This document shows positions 1 through 10,828 of a DNA stretch of 64,000 bases, one piece after another. The notes beneath the pieces are model-generated. The model was not told the origin of the DNA. It saw only the letters and a list, made by a program, of their open reading frames with translations, and searched no databases. Source of the stretch: Prasinococcaceae sp. CCMP 1430 (Eukaryota > Plantae > Prasinodermophyta); NCBI GenBank assembly GCA_013416795.1, contig RQSC01001302.1, positions 1 to 64,000 on the forward strand, read 5' to 3'. Within the stretch, counting starts at the first letter, position 1; each line of letters begins with the position of its first letter. A program made the translations under genes and the position numbers.

Positions 1-1524
1 GCCAACATGAGCGTCGAGTACCAGCTGAGCGGCCTCACAGCGGGTGCAGAGGTTCCGTACTACTGCATGGAAGACGGCGATGCGTGGCCGTCGGTAGCGG
101 AACCGCAGCCCGTTGTCGGGTCATTCAACGTGAGCAACGCCGTCAAGATCGGCGAGAGCTACGACGCGGCGACCGGCGTGACCATCCGCGAGTTCAGCGT
201 TGATATCGAGATTACCGACGACGAATACATGATGCTCACTGATGGCGGCGAGCCAGACGAAGACTTTGGTGGCCTGATGAACGTGCGCTACTTTGACGAG
301 AAGGAGAGCCTGCACCCGGTGATGATGACGTTTGGTCCCAACATCACTATGGTGATCAACACCTTCTACGAGGAGAGCGTCGATCTTGAAGACTGGCGCA
401 CGCCCAGCAACTGCATTGCGGACGACCCCTACGCCTCGCACACGCCCACTATGATGGGCGAGGATCCGTACATGTTCGACCACAAGCGCCGCAGGCAGTT
501 GCTCGGCCTCATCCCCGTGGAGAACTACGGCGACTTCGTCAACGAGACGTACACCGCGGAGCCCTTTTACGTGCCTGAATGGTTCGACCCATCATTTTCG
601 GGCATCGGGGAAGACGACGACGAATACGACATCACGTACGGCTATGATCTCGTAGAGGGCGAATACATCGAAGGCGAATACACCTATGTCTGGGAGCCCG
701 ACGAGCGTCGCAGCCTGAGCGAAATCGATGCGATCGATGCCGACCTCGCGCTCTGGGACGGGGACCAATCCTCTGACCTAGTGGACGACGTGTTCGCGGA
801 CGGCCCCGCAGCCCTGCGCGAGCAACAGTCGGAATCTCAGGAGGTGAGGGCGCGAAGCCTCCTTGGTCGCAAGAGGAAGAAGAAGAATAAGAGCAAGAGG
901 AAGCGCAACAAGAGGAAGAAGTCGAAGAAGAGTGGACGCAAGTCATCTTCCCCACCGTCGTCGAGCTGCCCCGACTGGTTCCCCACGAACGAGTGCTATC
1001 CCACGGCCATTTCTTATGAGAGGGATTTTGAGTTCAGCAAATTCGAGGTCGAGATTATCACCTGGAAGGACAACTGCGGTATCAAGGAGGCGAAGGCCCA
1101 GGGTGGCAGGTGCCCTGGCGGCGGCGAGCTGTACGGGACCTGCGGTGGGTCGACGCCCCTGCTCTGCCGCGGCAGCTGGGGCTTCCGCTGCGCCATCGGC
1201 TGCGAGTGGAGCTTCGAAGATTTCCTTCCCAACAGTATTAGGAAACATCTCTACAAGTGGTTCAATCTGGACGCCACGCTCTTTATCGAGCTCGGCTATA
1301 CGTACCCCAGCGTCCTTGACATCAAGGGCGGCGGCAAGATCGGCAAAATCAAGAAAGTGTGGTGGGGCGGAAAGAAGGGTGCCGAGGTAGGCTTCGAGGC
1401 CCAGGGCACCCTCGACGTCGCCAAGAAGAAGCTCGGCTTCAAGCTTTCCGTCGGCGGCAAGGCGTGCTGGGGCGGTTGCATCAGTCTGAGCTTCACCGTG
1501 CTCAACCTGTCGCAGAGGTTTTAG
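1..1524 (+). CDS. Paralogue A (5'-partial) of an uncharacterised EF-hand/TM-anchored, RxxL-processed, Cys-rich C-terminal protein family
   Basis: The open frame runs in from the window edge. The protein aligns along its full length with the C-terminal ~500 aa of the 18816..21760 gene, sharing blocks such as FYEESVDLEDWRTPSNCIADDPYASHTPTMMGEDPYMFDHKRRRQL and PLLCRGSWGFRCAIGCEW. The 3' UTR is also homologous to 21761-21910. Confidence 0.85.
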   Translation, partial: ANMSVEYQLSGLTAGAEVPYYCMEDGDAWPSVAEPQPVVGSFNVSNAVKIGESYDAATGVTIREFSVDIEITDDEYMMLTDGGEPDEDFGGLMNVRYFDEKESLHPVMMTFGPNITMVINTFYEESVDLEDWRTPSNCIADDPYASHTPTMMGEDPYMFDHKRRRQLLGLIPVENYGDFVNETYTAEPFYVPEWFDPSFSGIGEDDDEYDITYGYDLVEGEYIEGEYTYVWEPDERRSLSEIDAIDADLALWDGDQSSDLVDDVFADGPAALREQQSESQEVRARSLLGRKRKKKNKSKRKRNKRKKSKKSGRKSSSPPSSSCPDWFPTNECYPTAISYERDFEFSKFEVEIITWKDNCGIKEAKAQGGRCPGGGELYGTCGGSTPLLCRGSWGFRCAIGCEWSFEDFLPNSIRKHLYKWFNLDATLFIELGYTYPSVLDIKGGGKIGKIKKVWWGGKKGAEVGFEAQGTLDVAKKKLGFKLSVGGKACWGGCISLSFTVLNLSQRF

Positions 1525-2553
1525 AACAGCGCAGACACGTCGGCGAGAGTTGAGCGAGGTTTTTTGGCAGGGGGTGTCGGCGCTCTGTGTGCGCGGCTCG
1601 GCTCGGCAGGGCCCTTTGGGCTTCAGCAGCACGCATGCGGGCGGCGGCGCCTTAGGAGCTGTCTCGGGCGGATGAAGTCTCCACCACATTGCCAATCTTT
1701 ACTGTAACACACCTACTGTATGTCTTGTGTGTGCAGGATTGCCGCAGCGTCGCGGTCGCGTGCGTACTCTTCCCGCGCCTGCCTTTTTTTCCGCCTTTCT
1801 TGCCGGCCTTTGGCCGCCTGTGTCGCAACACCGCGGCAGACGATCTCACCGCGAGAGCGTTTTTATTTTTGGTACGCTCCAAAACGCCATCAAAAAGCAC
1901 GCATACCCGGCAACGCTCGAACGAACCGCACGCCTGCGCGGTCTAACAGGTGCCAAGATTCTCCAAGATTTTCCACGCTTCACCGGAGAGGATCACCCAA
2001 CAAGCCAACACGGATTTTTGAGAGTGTGACGTCATTGTTATGGCGCTGGGACACGTGGCTCCGCGGGACGTAGCAGAGCGCGTAATGAGCACTCCCTCAC
2101 AACGGGCTCCTGCGAAGCCTACACAGTCGTGCCAACGGCGCGTTCCTGTCCCTGTCCCCCCGCCACGCATGGTGCATGAGTCCCCCGTGGGTACGTCATC
2201 CGTCGGGGCGCATCCGTCGGATGCGTACGCCCGCTCAGCTCACGCCGCCGCGCCGCGACGCCGCAGCGGCCGCGGCCGTTCCCCGACGCGCGGTCGCGCG
2301 CGCGCAATTTTTCGGTTTGCCCGGCCTGGCGCTGTCGCGTGGTCTTGCACGCACGGCATGTGCTGCTGCGAAGGGTGCGATCACAGTGCGGCATGTGCAA
2401 GTAGGGCGTCCGAGGGATCGCCCCGAGGTGTCCTTTGGCGTGTTTGTTCTCGTCGCGGTGGGCGTGAGAGGGTGGGACTGCGGCGGGGGGAGGTTCGGGT
2501 GTGGATTTCGTTTTTTGTGTGGCGGTTGGGGGGACGGCCGCGGCGCGGCGTTC

Positions 2554-3773
2554 CACGGCGCCGTGGAACGGCGTCGCGCGGGCTTTGGGGTGTCAGGAGG
2601 GTTTGTTGGCGGCTCGAAGAGCGTGCGTGCAGACGTGCGACCTTCGCACGCCTGGGTTTGGGTTGGGACGGAGGCCTGCGCGCAGCGAGGCCGGCGCGCG
2701 CCCTCCCAAGGGCTGGTGCAGCGCGCCGGCGTCGGCGCCGGCCCCCCGGCCGGTGGCGCCTCCGGCGAGGAAGCATCCCCCTCCCCCCCACCCCTCCGGC
2801 GGCGAATGGCCGCGCTACGAGCTCGGAAGCGTGCGAGCGCGCGTGCTGGCGCGTGTCGGCGGGGCAGGAGACGAGACGTGGCGTGTGCGCGTGCGCGCGC
2901 GCCGGGGCGCACGCGCACGCGCGTGGTACGGGCGGGCCGGACGCTTTCTATCTCCCCCCAAATGTTCTCGGCCGGCCGCAGACGGCACGGCCCGCACTCG
3001 CCGTAGTGCGCGCGCGTGCCACAGCGCGCCGCAGGCGCGCGCGCGGCGGCTCGGCACCCCTGCCGCAGCTGCTCGCCCGCAGTCAGCCATGGGGAGGTCG
3101 TCGAGCGATGGGTTCTCGCCTGCGATCGCCTCGATGATCGCGGAGGAGGCCGGCGTGGAGCTCACTCCCGTGCTGGTCGCGGCGCTGGCCGCCAAGGCCA
3201 ACGAGGGGGCCAGCCACGTCGAAATGGGTGAGGGCGCGAGCGCCGGAGCCGCGCACTCGGCTCGCGCGCGTCTGCTGCGCAGCTCCTATTGCTGCGCGCG
3301 CGCGTGGATGGCCGCACGGATGCACGGGGCGGATGCGTGCGCGCGCGCTTGGCCGGCTGCGCGCGCAATGGTGGCGCTCGGCGCTGACGCGTGCGCGCAT
3401 ACGCCGCCTGCCCTCGACGCTCCTCTCCAGTCTCCCTCGCGAGAGAGCTCGGCGCACACTCGACAGGCAAGTCTGCTAGCATGAAGCTCGATTCGTTCCC
3501 GCCGGCGGTGCAGGAGATGCTCCTGGCCTTCGACCAGGACGGCGACGGCACGGTGGATCCCCATGAGATTGGGCGCGCTGCGGAGCTGTACCACCAGTCC
3601 AAGCAGAAGACCAAGCAGCTGGGTCGGCTGGTCTTCTTCCTGTTGATCATGCTCTTGCTCATGCTGGCGGCCATCACGGGCACGACCTTTGCGGTCGTGG
3701 AGCTGAGCAAGGAGACCCACACCTCGAGCGACGGCGTGACGACCGTCGCCGGCCAGGAGGGCGTGGTGGCCAA
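2554..3773 (+). repeat. Segmental duplication, near-identical to 18281..19674 (upstream region, exon 1, intron and start of exon 2)
   Basis: Direct sequence match at offset 15727 (offset 15901 after the extra intron copy). Only a few substitutions in exon 1 and one 55-nt complemented patch differ. Confidence 0.95.
3089..3773 (+). CDS. Paralogue B (3'-partial, runs into the N gap): exon 3089-3227, intron 3228-3430, exon 3431->3773
   Basis: ATG at 3089 (MGRSSSDG...), GTGAG donor at 3228, ctcctctccAG acceptor at 3430, and the frame is preserved into MKLDSFPP. It has an EF-hand-like loop DQDGDGTVDPHE and a hydrophobic helix LVFFLLIMLLLMLAAITGTTFAVV. Positions 3481-3773 are identical to 19382-19674. 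Confidence 0.75.
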
Positions 3774-4484
3774 NNNNNNNNNNNNNNNNNNNNNNNNNNN
3801 NNNNNNNNNNNNNNNNNNNNNNNNNNNNNNNNNNNNNNNNNNNNNNNNNNNNNNNNNNNNNNNNNNNNNNNNNNNNNNNNNNNNNNNNNNNNNNNNNNNN
3901 NNNNNNNNNNNNNNNNNNNNNNNNNNNNNNNNNNNNNNNNNNNNNNNNNNNNNNNNNNNNNNNNNNNNNNNNNNNNNNNNNNNNNNNNNNNNNNNNNNNN
4001 NNNNNNNNNNNNNNNNNNNNNNNNNNNNNNNNNNNNNNNNNNNNNNNNNNNNNNNNNNNNNNNNNNNNNNNNNNNNNNNNNNNNNNNNNNNNNNNNNNNN
4101 NNNNNNNNNNNNNNNNNNNNNNNNNNNNNNNNNNNNNNNNNNNNNNNNNNNNNNNNNNNNNNNNNNNNNNNNNNNNNNNNNNNNNNNNNNNNNNNNNNNN
4201 NNNNNNNNNNNNNNNNNNNNNNNNNNNNNNNNNNNNNNNNNNNNNNNNNNNNNNNNNNNNNNNNNNNNNNNNNNNNNNNNNNNNNNNNNNNNNNNNNNNN
4301 NNNNNNNNNNNNNNNNNNNNNNNNNNNNNNNNNNNNNNNNNNNNNNNNNNNNNNNNNNNNNNNNNNNNNNNNNNNNNNNNNNNNNNNNNNNNNNNNNNNN
4401 NNNNNNNNNNNNNNNNNNNNNNNNNNNNNNNNNNNNNNNNNNNNNNNNNNNNNNNNNNNNNNNNNNNNNNNNNNNNNNNNNNNN
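3774..4484. other. Assembly gap (711 N)
   Basis: Run of N. Confidence 1.
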
Positions 4485-4758
4485 GGCGGGGCGGGGGCGG
4501 GGGCGGGGTCAGGGGCGGCGTACCCCGTCCTGCCGCGACGCGGCGCGGAGGGCGCGCACGAGAGCACGCGCGAGGCCGAGCGGCCCGCGCTGTGCGCATC
4601 AAACCCGACGGCAGCCGTGTGCACCGAGCGCGGGCGCTTCCTGGCCGCGGGCGGCACTGCCGCCGAGTACGACCGCGAACACAACGAGCGGTGCTACGAG
4701 ACGCGGCCGCTCTGGCAGTGCATCTACGCGTAGCGCGGCCGCGCGCAGGGGACACGCG

Positions 4759-6733
4759 ATGGCGGTGGCGCACGCGTTCGTGCAGCGTGTGGTCATGAGC
4801 GCACCGGCGGCGCTGAGCGCCTGCCTCGCGTTGGCAGCGGCGGTGCTCACGCCCGGCGTGGGCGCCGCGCTCGCTCTTCCGCCGCGCGGGCCGCTGTGGG
4901 CGCTCGCCGTCGCGTACGCCGGTGCGCGCGCAGGCGGCGCAGCCGCCGCAGCCGCGCGCGCGCCGCCGCTCGTTGGCATGCTCCTCGCAGGCGCGCTACT
5001 ACGCAATGCGGCGCCCGCGGCATCCGCGCTGCGTGACGGCATGCCCGCCGCGCTGGCGTCCTTCGCCCGATCGCTCGCCCTCGCCGTCATCCTCGTGCGT
5101 GCCGGCCTCGCGCTCGATGCTGGCGCGGTGCGCGCACTCGGTGGCGCGTGCGCGAGGCTCGCCGCGTTGCCCGCACTCGCCGAGGCTGCCGCAGCGGGCG
5201 GAGTGGCCTCCGCGCTCTTTGGCATGGACGCTGCGTGGGCCGGCGCGGCGGGCTTCATGCTTGCGGCCATCTCGCCGGCCGTCGTCGTGCCGGGTGCGCT
5301 TGCGCTCGCCGCCGAAGGCTACGGCGGCCGCGCGGATGGCGGCGACGTGCTCGCACTCGTTACGGCGGCCACGCCGCTCGACGACGCGCTCGCCATTGCA
5401 GGCTTTGGCACGTGCCTCGCACTCTCGAGCGCCGGCGCGGGCGGCGGAGCGGCCGCGGCCGCGCTCGCGCCTGCAAAGTTGCTCGCGGGCATCGCCTCAG
5501 GGATCGCGCTCGGCGGGGCGGTCGCACTCGCGCTGCCGCCCGACGGTGAAAGTGACAGCGTTGGCACCGACCGACCGGCAGAAGCAGCAGTAGGGGGATG
5601 GCGAGCGCGCTCGCGTGCGCTTGCGTGCGCCGCGCTGCACGGGGCGCGCGCCGCTCGCGGCGACGAGGTGGCGTCGCCGTCGGCGTTGGCGTCGGCGCGG
5701 TGCGCGCTGCTGTCTCTCGCCGCGCTGGCAGGAGTGCTCGCCAGCGCCGAGCTCGACTTTGGCGGCGCTGGCGCGCTTGCCGCGCTCGCGGCGGCCGTCG
5801 TCGCCTCGGCCGCGTGGGGCGGCGCCGCGAGCGACCCCACGCGCGCCGTCGCTGCACGCGCCGCCGCGCTGTGGAACGGTGCCGTCGGACCTTTGCTCTT
5901 CGGACTCGTAGGCGCCAGCGTCGACGTGGGCGTCCTCGATGGGACGACGGTTGCGCGCGGGCTCGCCGTGCTCGNCTCCGCCGCTGGCCCTTCCCGCCCG
6001 CTCGTACATGGCGGCCGTCGCCGCCTCGGCCGCGTGGGGCGGCGCCGCGAGCGACCCCACGCGCGCCGTCGCTGCACGCGCCGCCGCGCTGTGGAACGGT
6101 GCCGTCGGACCTTTGCTCTTCGGACTCGTAGGCGCCAGCGTCGACGTGGGCGTCCTCGATGGGACGACGGTTGCGCGCGGGCTCGCCGTGCTCGCCGTGG
6201 GCGCCGCCACGCGCTTTGGCGCCGTGATGCTCGCGACGACGCGGGCGCGCCTGTCTTCCCGGGAGCGCCTCTTCGTTGCCCTCGCGTGGATCCCAAAGGT
6301 GCGCGCGCGCGCGAGCGACTTGCCGTGCGAAAAGCACCAGAGGCTCTCTGCGCGGCACTGACAGGTTCTCGCCACCACCGACGCACCCATCGTGCAGGCG
6401 ACCGTGCAAGCCGCGGTCGGCGGCGCGGCGCTTGAGGCCGCGCGCGACATGGCAGAGAGGGCCGTGGCGAGGGGTGATGCGACCGCTGTTGTCGTCGCCG
6501 AGCGCGCCGAGGAGCTCGGCCTCGTCCTGCTCCAGCTATCAGTCCTGGCCATCGTGCTCACCGCACCTGTGGGCGCAATTGCCATCGCCGTGGGTGGGCC
6601 CAGGTTGCTGGAGCAGAAAGGGAGCGGCTGCGACGACGAAGAGGTGGGCGGGGCCACTGAGATCACAGCAAAATGCGACAGCGACGGTGCCCGCGAGGAC
6701 GGCTCCACCACATCCAGCGCGGAGCGGCTGTAG
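4759..6733 (+). CDS. Na+/H+ antiporter, SLC9B/NHA2-like (CPA superfamily); intron 6299-6397; true start may lie in the gap
   Basis: Motifs GMLLAGALLRN, LALAVILVRAGLALD, LAAISPAVVVP, GYG, TPLDD, LLFGLVGASVD, ERLFVALAWIPK|ATVQAAVGG and VLAIVLTAPVGAI match the NHA family. The GT..AG intron restores PKATVQAA. The frame is broken by a duplicated read overlap at the N at 5975. Confidence 0.8.
5790..6194 (+). repeat. 185-bp direct duplication (5790-5974 = 6010-6194) around the single N at 5975; probable scaffolding overlap artefact
   Basis: The two copies are near-identical at offset 220 and are separated by an N plus 34 unrelated nt. Confidence 0.85.
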
Positions 6734-6962
6734 CAAACGATGGCGACCAGAGAGTGGGAAACGGCGCCTTGGGCCGGCGAGCTAGCTCGCGTCGACGAAA
6801 TGACCAAACTCCCACGTGGCTCTGGGTCGCGAGAATGCCCACGCTCGCGCTCTGATCTGGGCAGCCTGCGTGTGTACAAACATCACATGTTGATTACATA
6901 CTGTACATACAGCCCATTGTACAACGCGCAAGACGGCGCTCCACACGCGCGCATGCTGGCGC

Positions 6963-8272
6963 TCACGCCGCCCATAGGCTAGGGACCTCGACGATGACAC
7001 AATCGTCGGGCAGCTGCGCGCGTAGTTCCGCACCGAGCTGGCAGCCGACGGAGACGGCGGCAACCAGCGACACGCGCTCCTGGTCACACAGCGCGGCGAG
7101 CGACCGCCCCACAGACGATGGCGAGCCTCCGCCCGCCGACTCTGCGTGGGGCACGATTGGTGCGGCGACACGCGCACCCAGCGAGCTTTGCGACAGGTGG
7201 GACGGGGTCTGCGGCGAGTCCACGCTGCCACCGCTTTGCAGCTGATACGGCCAGAGCGCGGAGGCGGCATACGAGAACCCCCTGCCTGTGGCAATAGCCG
7301 CTACCGGTGCGGCGGCCGCCACAGCGCGCGCCAACGCGCCCGCTGCCACGCCAGCAGCCATGCCACCCGCCGAGACCGCCGAGCTCGCGGCAGCGCCTGA
7401 CATTCCGGCGGCCGCGTGCAGGACGGTGGCGGCCCTTCCCGCACCCGAATACCTACAGGCAGCGCATTGCGGCAGTGTCAGCAGCAACGACTGCATTCGA
7501 AGCGGATGCCTTCACACGCGGCGCACCGCACGTACTCTGCAAATGCCCCCACGGCCATGCCAGTCGCGTCTGCCGTGAGTTTCACGGCCGTTGCCGTCGC
7601 CGCAGCAGCTGCGCTCGCCGACGCGCTCGCCGTCGCCGCTGCCGCCTCAACTGAGAGTGCCGCTGCAGCGCCGAGCGCCGTCGACGCCGCGGCAGTGGCT
7701 GCGGAGCGCGCTGCTGCACTCGTGCTCGTAGGCACGGGCGCCATGAGCGCACGCGGCCGCGAGCCGTTCGCGACGGCCTTGCACGGGCTTGCCCCACGCG
7801 AGTCGTCGAGCGTGACTGTGCGGCACGCTGTGGACTGCGGCAGCTCGCTCGTAGTCACACACTCTCCCTCAGTTTCCGCGCCCCCGCTAAACAGCGAGGA
7901 GAGCTCCGAGCCGCTTGTTCCAGCAGGCCCGGCGCTCGCACGCACAGAGGCCACATCACCGCCGTCACTGCCCCCGCCAAGGCTGCTGCTGCTGTCCCCG
8001 CTGCGCTCGCCCACGTCGCGCCGCAGCCAAAGCGGAGCGGCGCCGAGCGCGGCCAGCGCCGCGGCCACGCGCCGCGCACCGGCGCACCCCACAACTACCA
8101 CGCCACCCCCGCGCAGAGCAGCGCCGCCCGCAGGCGACAGGAAGGCAGGCAGCAGCTCCGCGAGCGCGCGCTGCGCGCACGCGAGCTCGGCCTCCAGGTG
8201 TGCTGCCTCCCCTCCCGCCTCCCCGTCGGCGCTTGCTCGCCGGCGCGGCTGCTCAGCCGGCGCCTCGGGCAC
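6963..8272 (-). CDS. Hypothetical Ala/Ser/Gly-rich protein (two overlapping ORFs needing a frameshift or intron near 7480-7500)
   Basis: ORFs 7478..8272 and 6963..7496 have coding-like codon use. No family was confidently recognised. Confidence 0.3.
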
Positions 8273-8450
8273 GGCCGCACGCGGTACACGCGCGGCCGGG
8301 CCGCAAGCGGCGAGCTATGCAGCAGACGCTGGACATGCTCATTCAGCTGAGCAGCCCGATGGACGACTGGTATGACTCCGACGGTCCCGACGAGTACTTC
8401 GAGAATGCTGAGGCCGNGCCGGTGGCGCCGCAGAGCGCTGGCGGCGCCGC

Positions 8451-9257
8451 ATGTGGACGCCGCGCGACAGGTGGCACGCGCACGCCCTCCTCGGCGGTGC
8501 GTCGGTGGCCTCCGCGGGTGCGGTGTGCGCTGCGTGGGCGTGGGCGGACGCCGCGGCACTGCTTGCGCTCCCGCCGGCGCTGCCGCAGGCCGTTGAGCTG
8601 GAGGCGCCTCTCTCGCTCGTATCGCTGTCAACGGGACTGCTCTGCGCCGCTGCCGGCGCACCGCTGTGCCGCACGGCGCGCAAGGCCGAGCTCTCCGCGC
8701 GGTCGGCAGCGCTGCTCACGGCTCTGTCGCTCGAGGGCGCACGGCTACTTCCTGGCGCCGCGGGCGCCTCCTTCGCCGCCGCGGACGGCTGGATTATGTA
8801 TGCAGCGGCGCTTCCGCTCGTGTGGCAGTGCGCGACGAGCGCGTACATCATCGCAAGGGCTGGCGAGACGGGCGACGACCGCCGCGCAGCCATCGGGGTG
8901 CTTGCCGGCGTCGCGCTGCTGGCGCTGCAGCTGCTGCCGATTGCGTACGCGGCGGGGCTCTCCCCGGGGGCGTCGGTCGACGCCGTGCGCGCGGCGCGCC
9001 CGGGGCTCGCGGAGACGTGGCTGCACGGCTCGGTGGGCGCCGCGGGGGTCGTCGGCTGGAGCACGCTGGGCGCGTCGGCGCGCTCGCGCGGCGTTATCGG
9101 CGATGCCGACTTCCTCGCCGGCTTCGTCCTTCGCCCGTCGGCGGCTTGGCTGGCGCTCTTTGCGCTCGACTGCGCCGCGAGGTGCCCGTGGAGCTCCGCG
9201 GGCGAGTACCTCGCGACGGCCGCAGGCGCCCTGTCGGGATCCCTGCCGCCGCTGTGA
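8451..9257 (+). CDS. Hypothetical multi-pass membrane protein
   Basis: A 268-aa ORF with several hydrophobic segments (e.g. AAIGVLAGVALLALQLLPIAYAAG, WIMYAAALPLVWQCATSAYII). The 5' end is uncertain because of the N at 8417. Confidence 0.4.
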   Translation: MWTPRDRWHAHALLGGASVASAGAVCAAWAWADAAALLALPPALPQAVELEAPLSLVSLSTGLLCAAAGAPLCRTARKAELSARSAALLTALSLEGARLLPGAAGASFAAADGWIMYAAALPLVWQCATSAYIIARAGETGDDRRAAIGVLAGVALLALQLLPIAYAAGLSPGASVDAVRAARPGLAETWLHGSVGAAGVVGWSTLGASARSRGVIGDADFLAGFVLRPSAAWLALFALDCAARCPWSSAGEYLATAAGALSGSLPPL

Positions 9258-9844
9258 GCCCGTGGGGCACTGCAGGCGAGCACGTCACGCGCGCCACCAC
9301 GGCCGCCGGCGCCGTGTCGGGGGATCCCCCTGCCGCCGCCCGCAGAGCACCCGCGCGCGCCTGCGTGCATTTTGACATACACATTAAACCCTAATACGTT
9401 AACCTCAAAACCCACACCCAAAGCCGCGCAGTTTTTTCTTTTCGCGCGAATTTCAATCGCAAAATCTTTTTTTTATAGCCGCCCGGCCGAGATCTCGGGG
9501 ATCCCCGCGGCGCGCCGGCGCTGGGTTCCATGCGCGTCCGGCGCTCTCCCGTGGTTTATCACATGTGTTTAAACCACATAATGGATTCAACTGTACATGG
9601 ATTCCATCTTTCAAAATGGAACCCATCCCTTATCCACTTCCTACAGGGCGCGCACGCGAGCGCCAGGCGGGCGAGATTGGGGGGTGGGGGCGGCGGGGCG
9701 GCGCGCTGNGCGCAGCGGTTGTGCGCCGCAGCCTGCCGCCTGGTGCAGGCGGCGAGGTCTCTGGGGACCTGAGAGGCTCGGGGACAGCGCTCGATGGTCG
9801 CTGACCCTCGCGCGTGGGCGCGCCCGCGCATACGCGCCCAACAG

Positions 9845-10828
9845 GACCCGCGCGACGTGACTGAGGTGACCATGCAGCCCGTCCGCCGCTACGACATCGA
9901 CGCGGCCATCCTGTTTTCGGACATCCTCGTGGTCGCGGAGGCCCTCGGCACGCGCGTCGAGATGCCCGGCGGCGTGGGCATCCAGGTGCCCGAGCCGCTG
10001 CTCTCGCCAGCCGACATGTCTAAGATTGCCATGGACGGCGTGGACGTGCGGGACAAGCTGGGCTATGTGGTCGAGTCCGTCGAGAGCATCGTGGGCGCCA
10101 TCGCCGCCGAGGGGCGCGGCGTGCCGCTCATCGGCTTCAGCGCGGCGCCCTGGACGCTCTTCTACTACATGGTGGGCGGATACGGCGCGCGCAACACGGA
10201 CGCGGGGATGCGCTGGCTGCGCGAGTACCCGGCGGACGCGAAGATGCTCATGGAGGTGCTCACCGTCACCGTCATTGAGTACCTCGACGAGCAGGCCAAG
10301 GCCGGCGCCGAGATGCTGCAGGTGTTCGAGGCGATGGGCAAGCACATCACGCCCGAGGCCTTTGACGACTTCGCGCTCCCCTACCTGCAGCGCATCGCCG
10401 CGGAGATGAAGGAGCGCCACCCGGACGTGCCGCTGCTCGTGTTCACACGCGACGCCATGTACGCCAACACGCGCATGCAGGAGGCCGGCTACGACGTCGT
10501 CACGCTGGACCTCTTTGCGGGGCGCGAGGAGACCCGCGCGGCGCTCGCCGCCGAGGCGGCGGCGCGCGGCGCCCCGCCCGCGGCCGTGCAGGGAAACTTC
10601 GACCCCAAGCTGCTGTACATCGAGGGCGGTGCCACGGACGCCGAGCTCGAGGCGGCCGTGCGCGGCATGCTGGGCGACTTCGGCCCGCAGGGTCTCATCG
10701 CCAACCTTGGCGAGGGGCTCAGCGGCAAGGAGGACCCCGCCAAGGTCGACAAGTTCGTCAAGCTCGTGCACAGCGTCTCGGAGGAGCTCATCGCGGAGAT
10801 GGGCGCCAAGGCGGGCATCGCCGCCTGA
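9845..10828 (+). CDS. UROD: Uroporphyrinogen decarboxylase, 5'-partial (N-terminal RQAGR exon absent)
   Basis: Motifs [51 protein letters not shown] and IANLGEGL. Acceptor aacAG at 9844 with a CTGAC branch upstream. The upstream exon was probably lost at the N at 9709. Confidence 0.9.
   Translation, partial: DPRDVTEVTMQPVRRYDIDAAILFSDILVVAEALGTRVEMPGGVGIQVPEPLLSPADMSKIAMDGVDVRDKLGYVVESVESIVGAIAAEGRGVPLIGFSAAPWTLFYYMVGGYGARNTDAGMRWLREYPADAKMLMEVLTVTVIEYLDEQAKAGAEMLQVFEAMGKHITPEAFDDFALPYLQRIAAEMKERHPDVPLLVFTRDAMYANTRMQEAGYDVVTLDLFAGREETRAALAAEAAARGAPPAAVQGNFDPKLLYIEGGATDAELEAAVRGMLGDFGPQGLIANLGEGLSGKEDPAKVDKFVKLVHSVSEELIAEMGAKAGIAA

Noticed and set aside
3391-6435. 1014-aa ORF fusing paralogue B to the antiporter
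   Set aside because: It is an artefact of translating through 711 N.
8030-8130. ThiF/E1-like Rossmann motif VVVVGCAGARRVAAALAALGA
   Set aside because: It lacks the GxGxxG spacing and downstream ThiF motifs, and is too weak to name.
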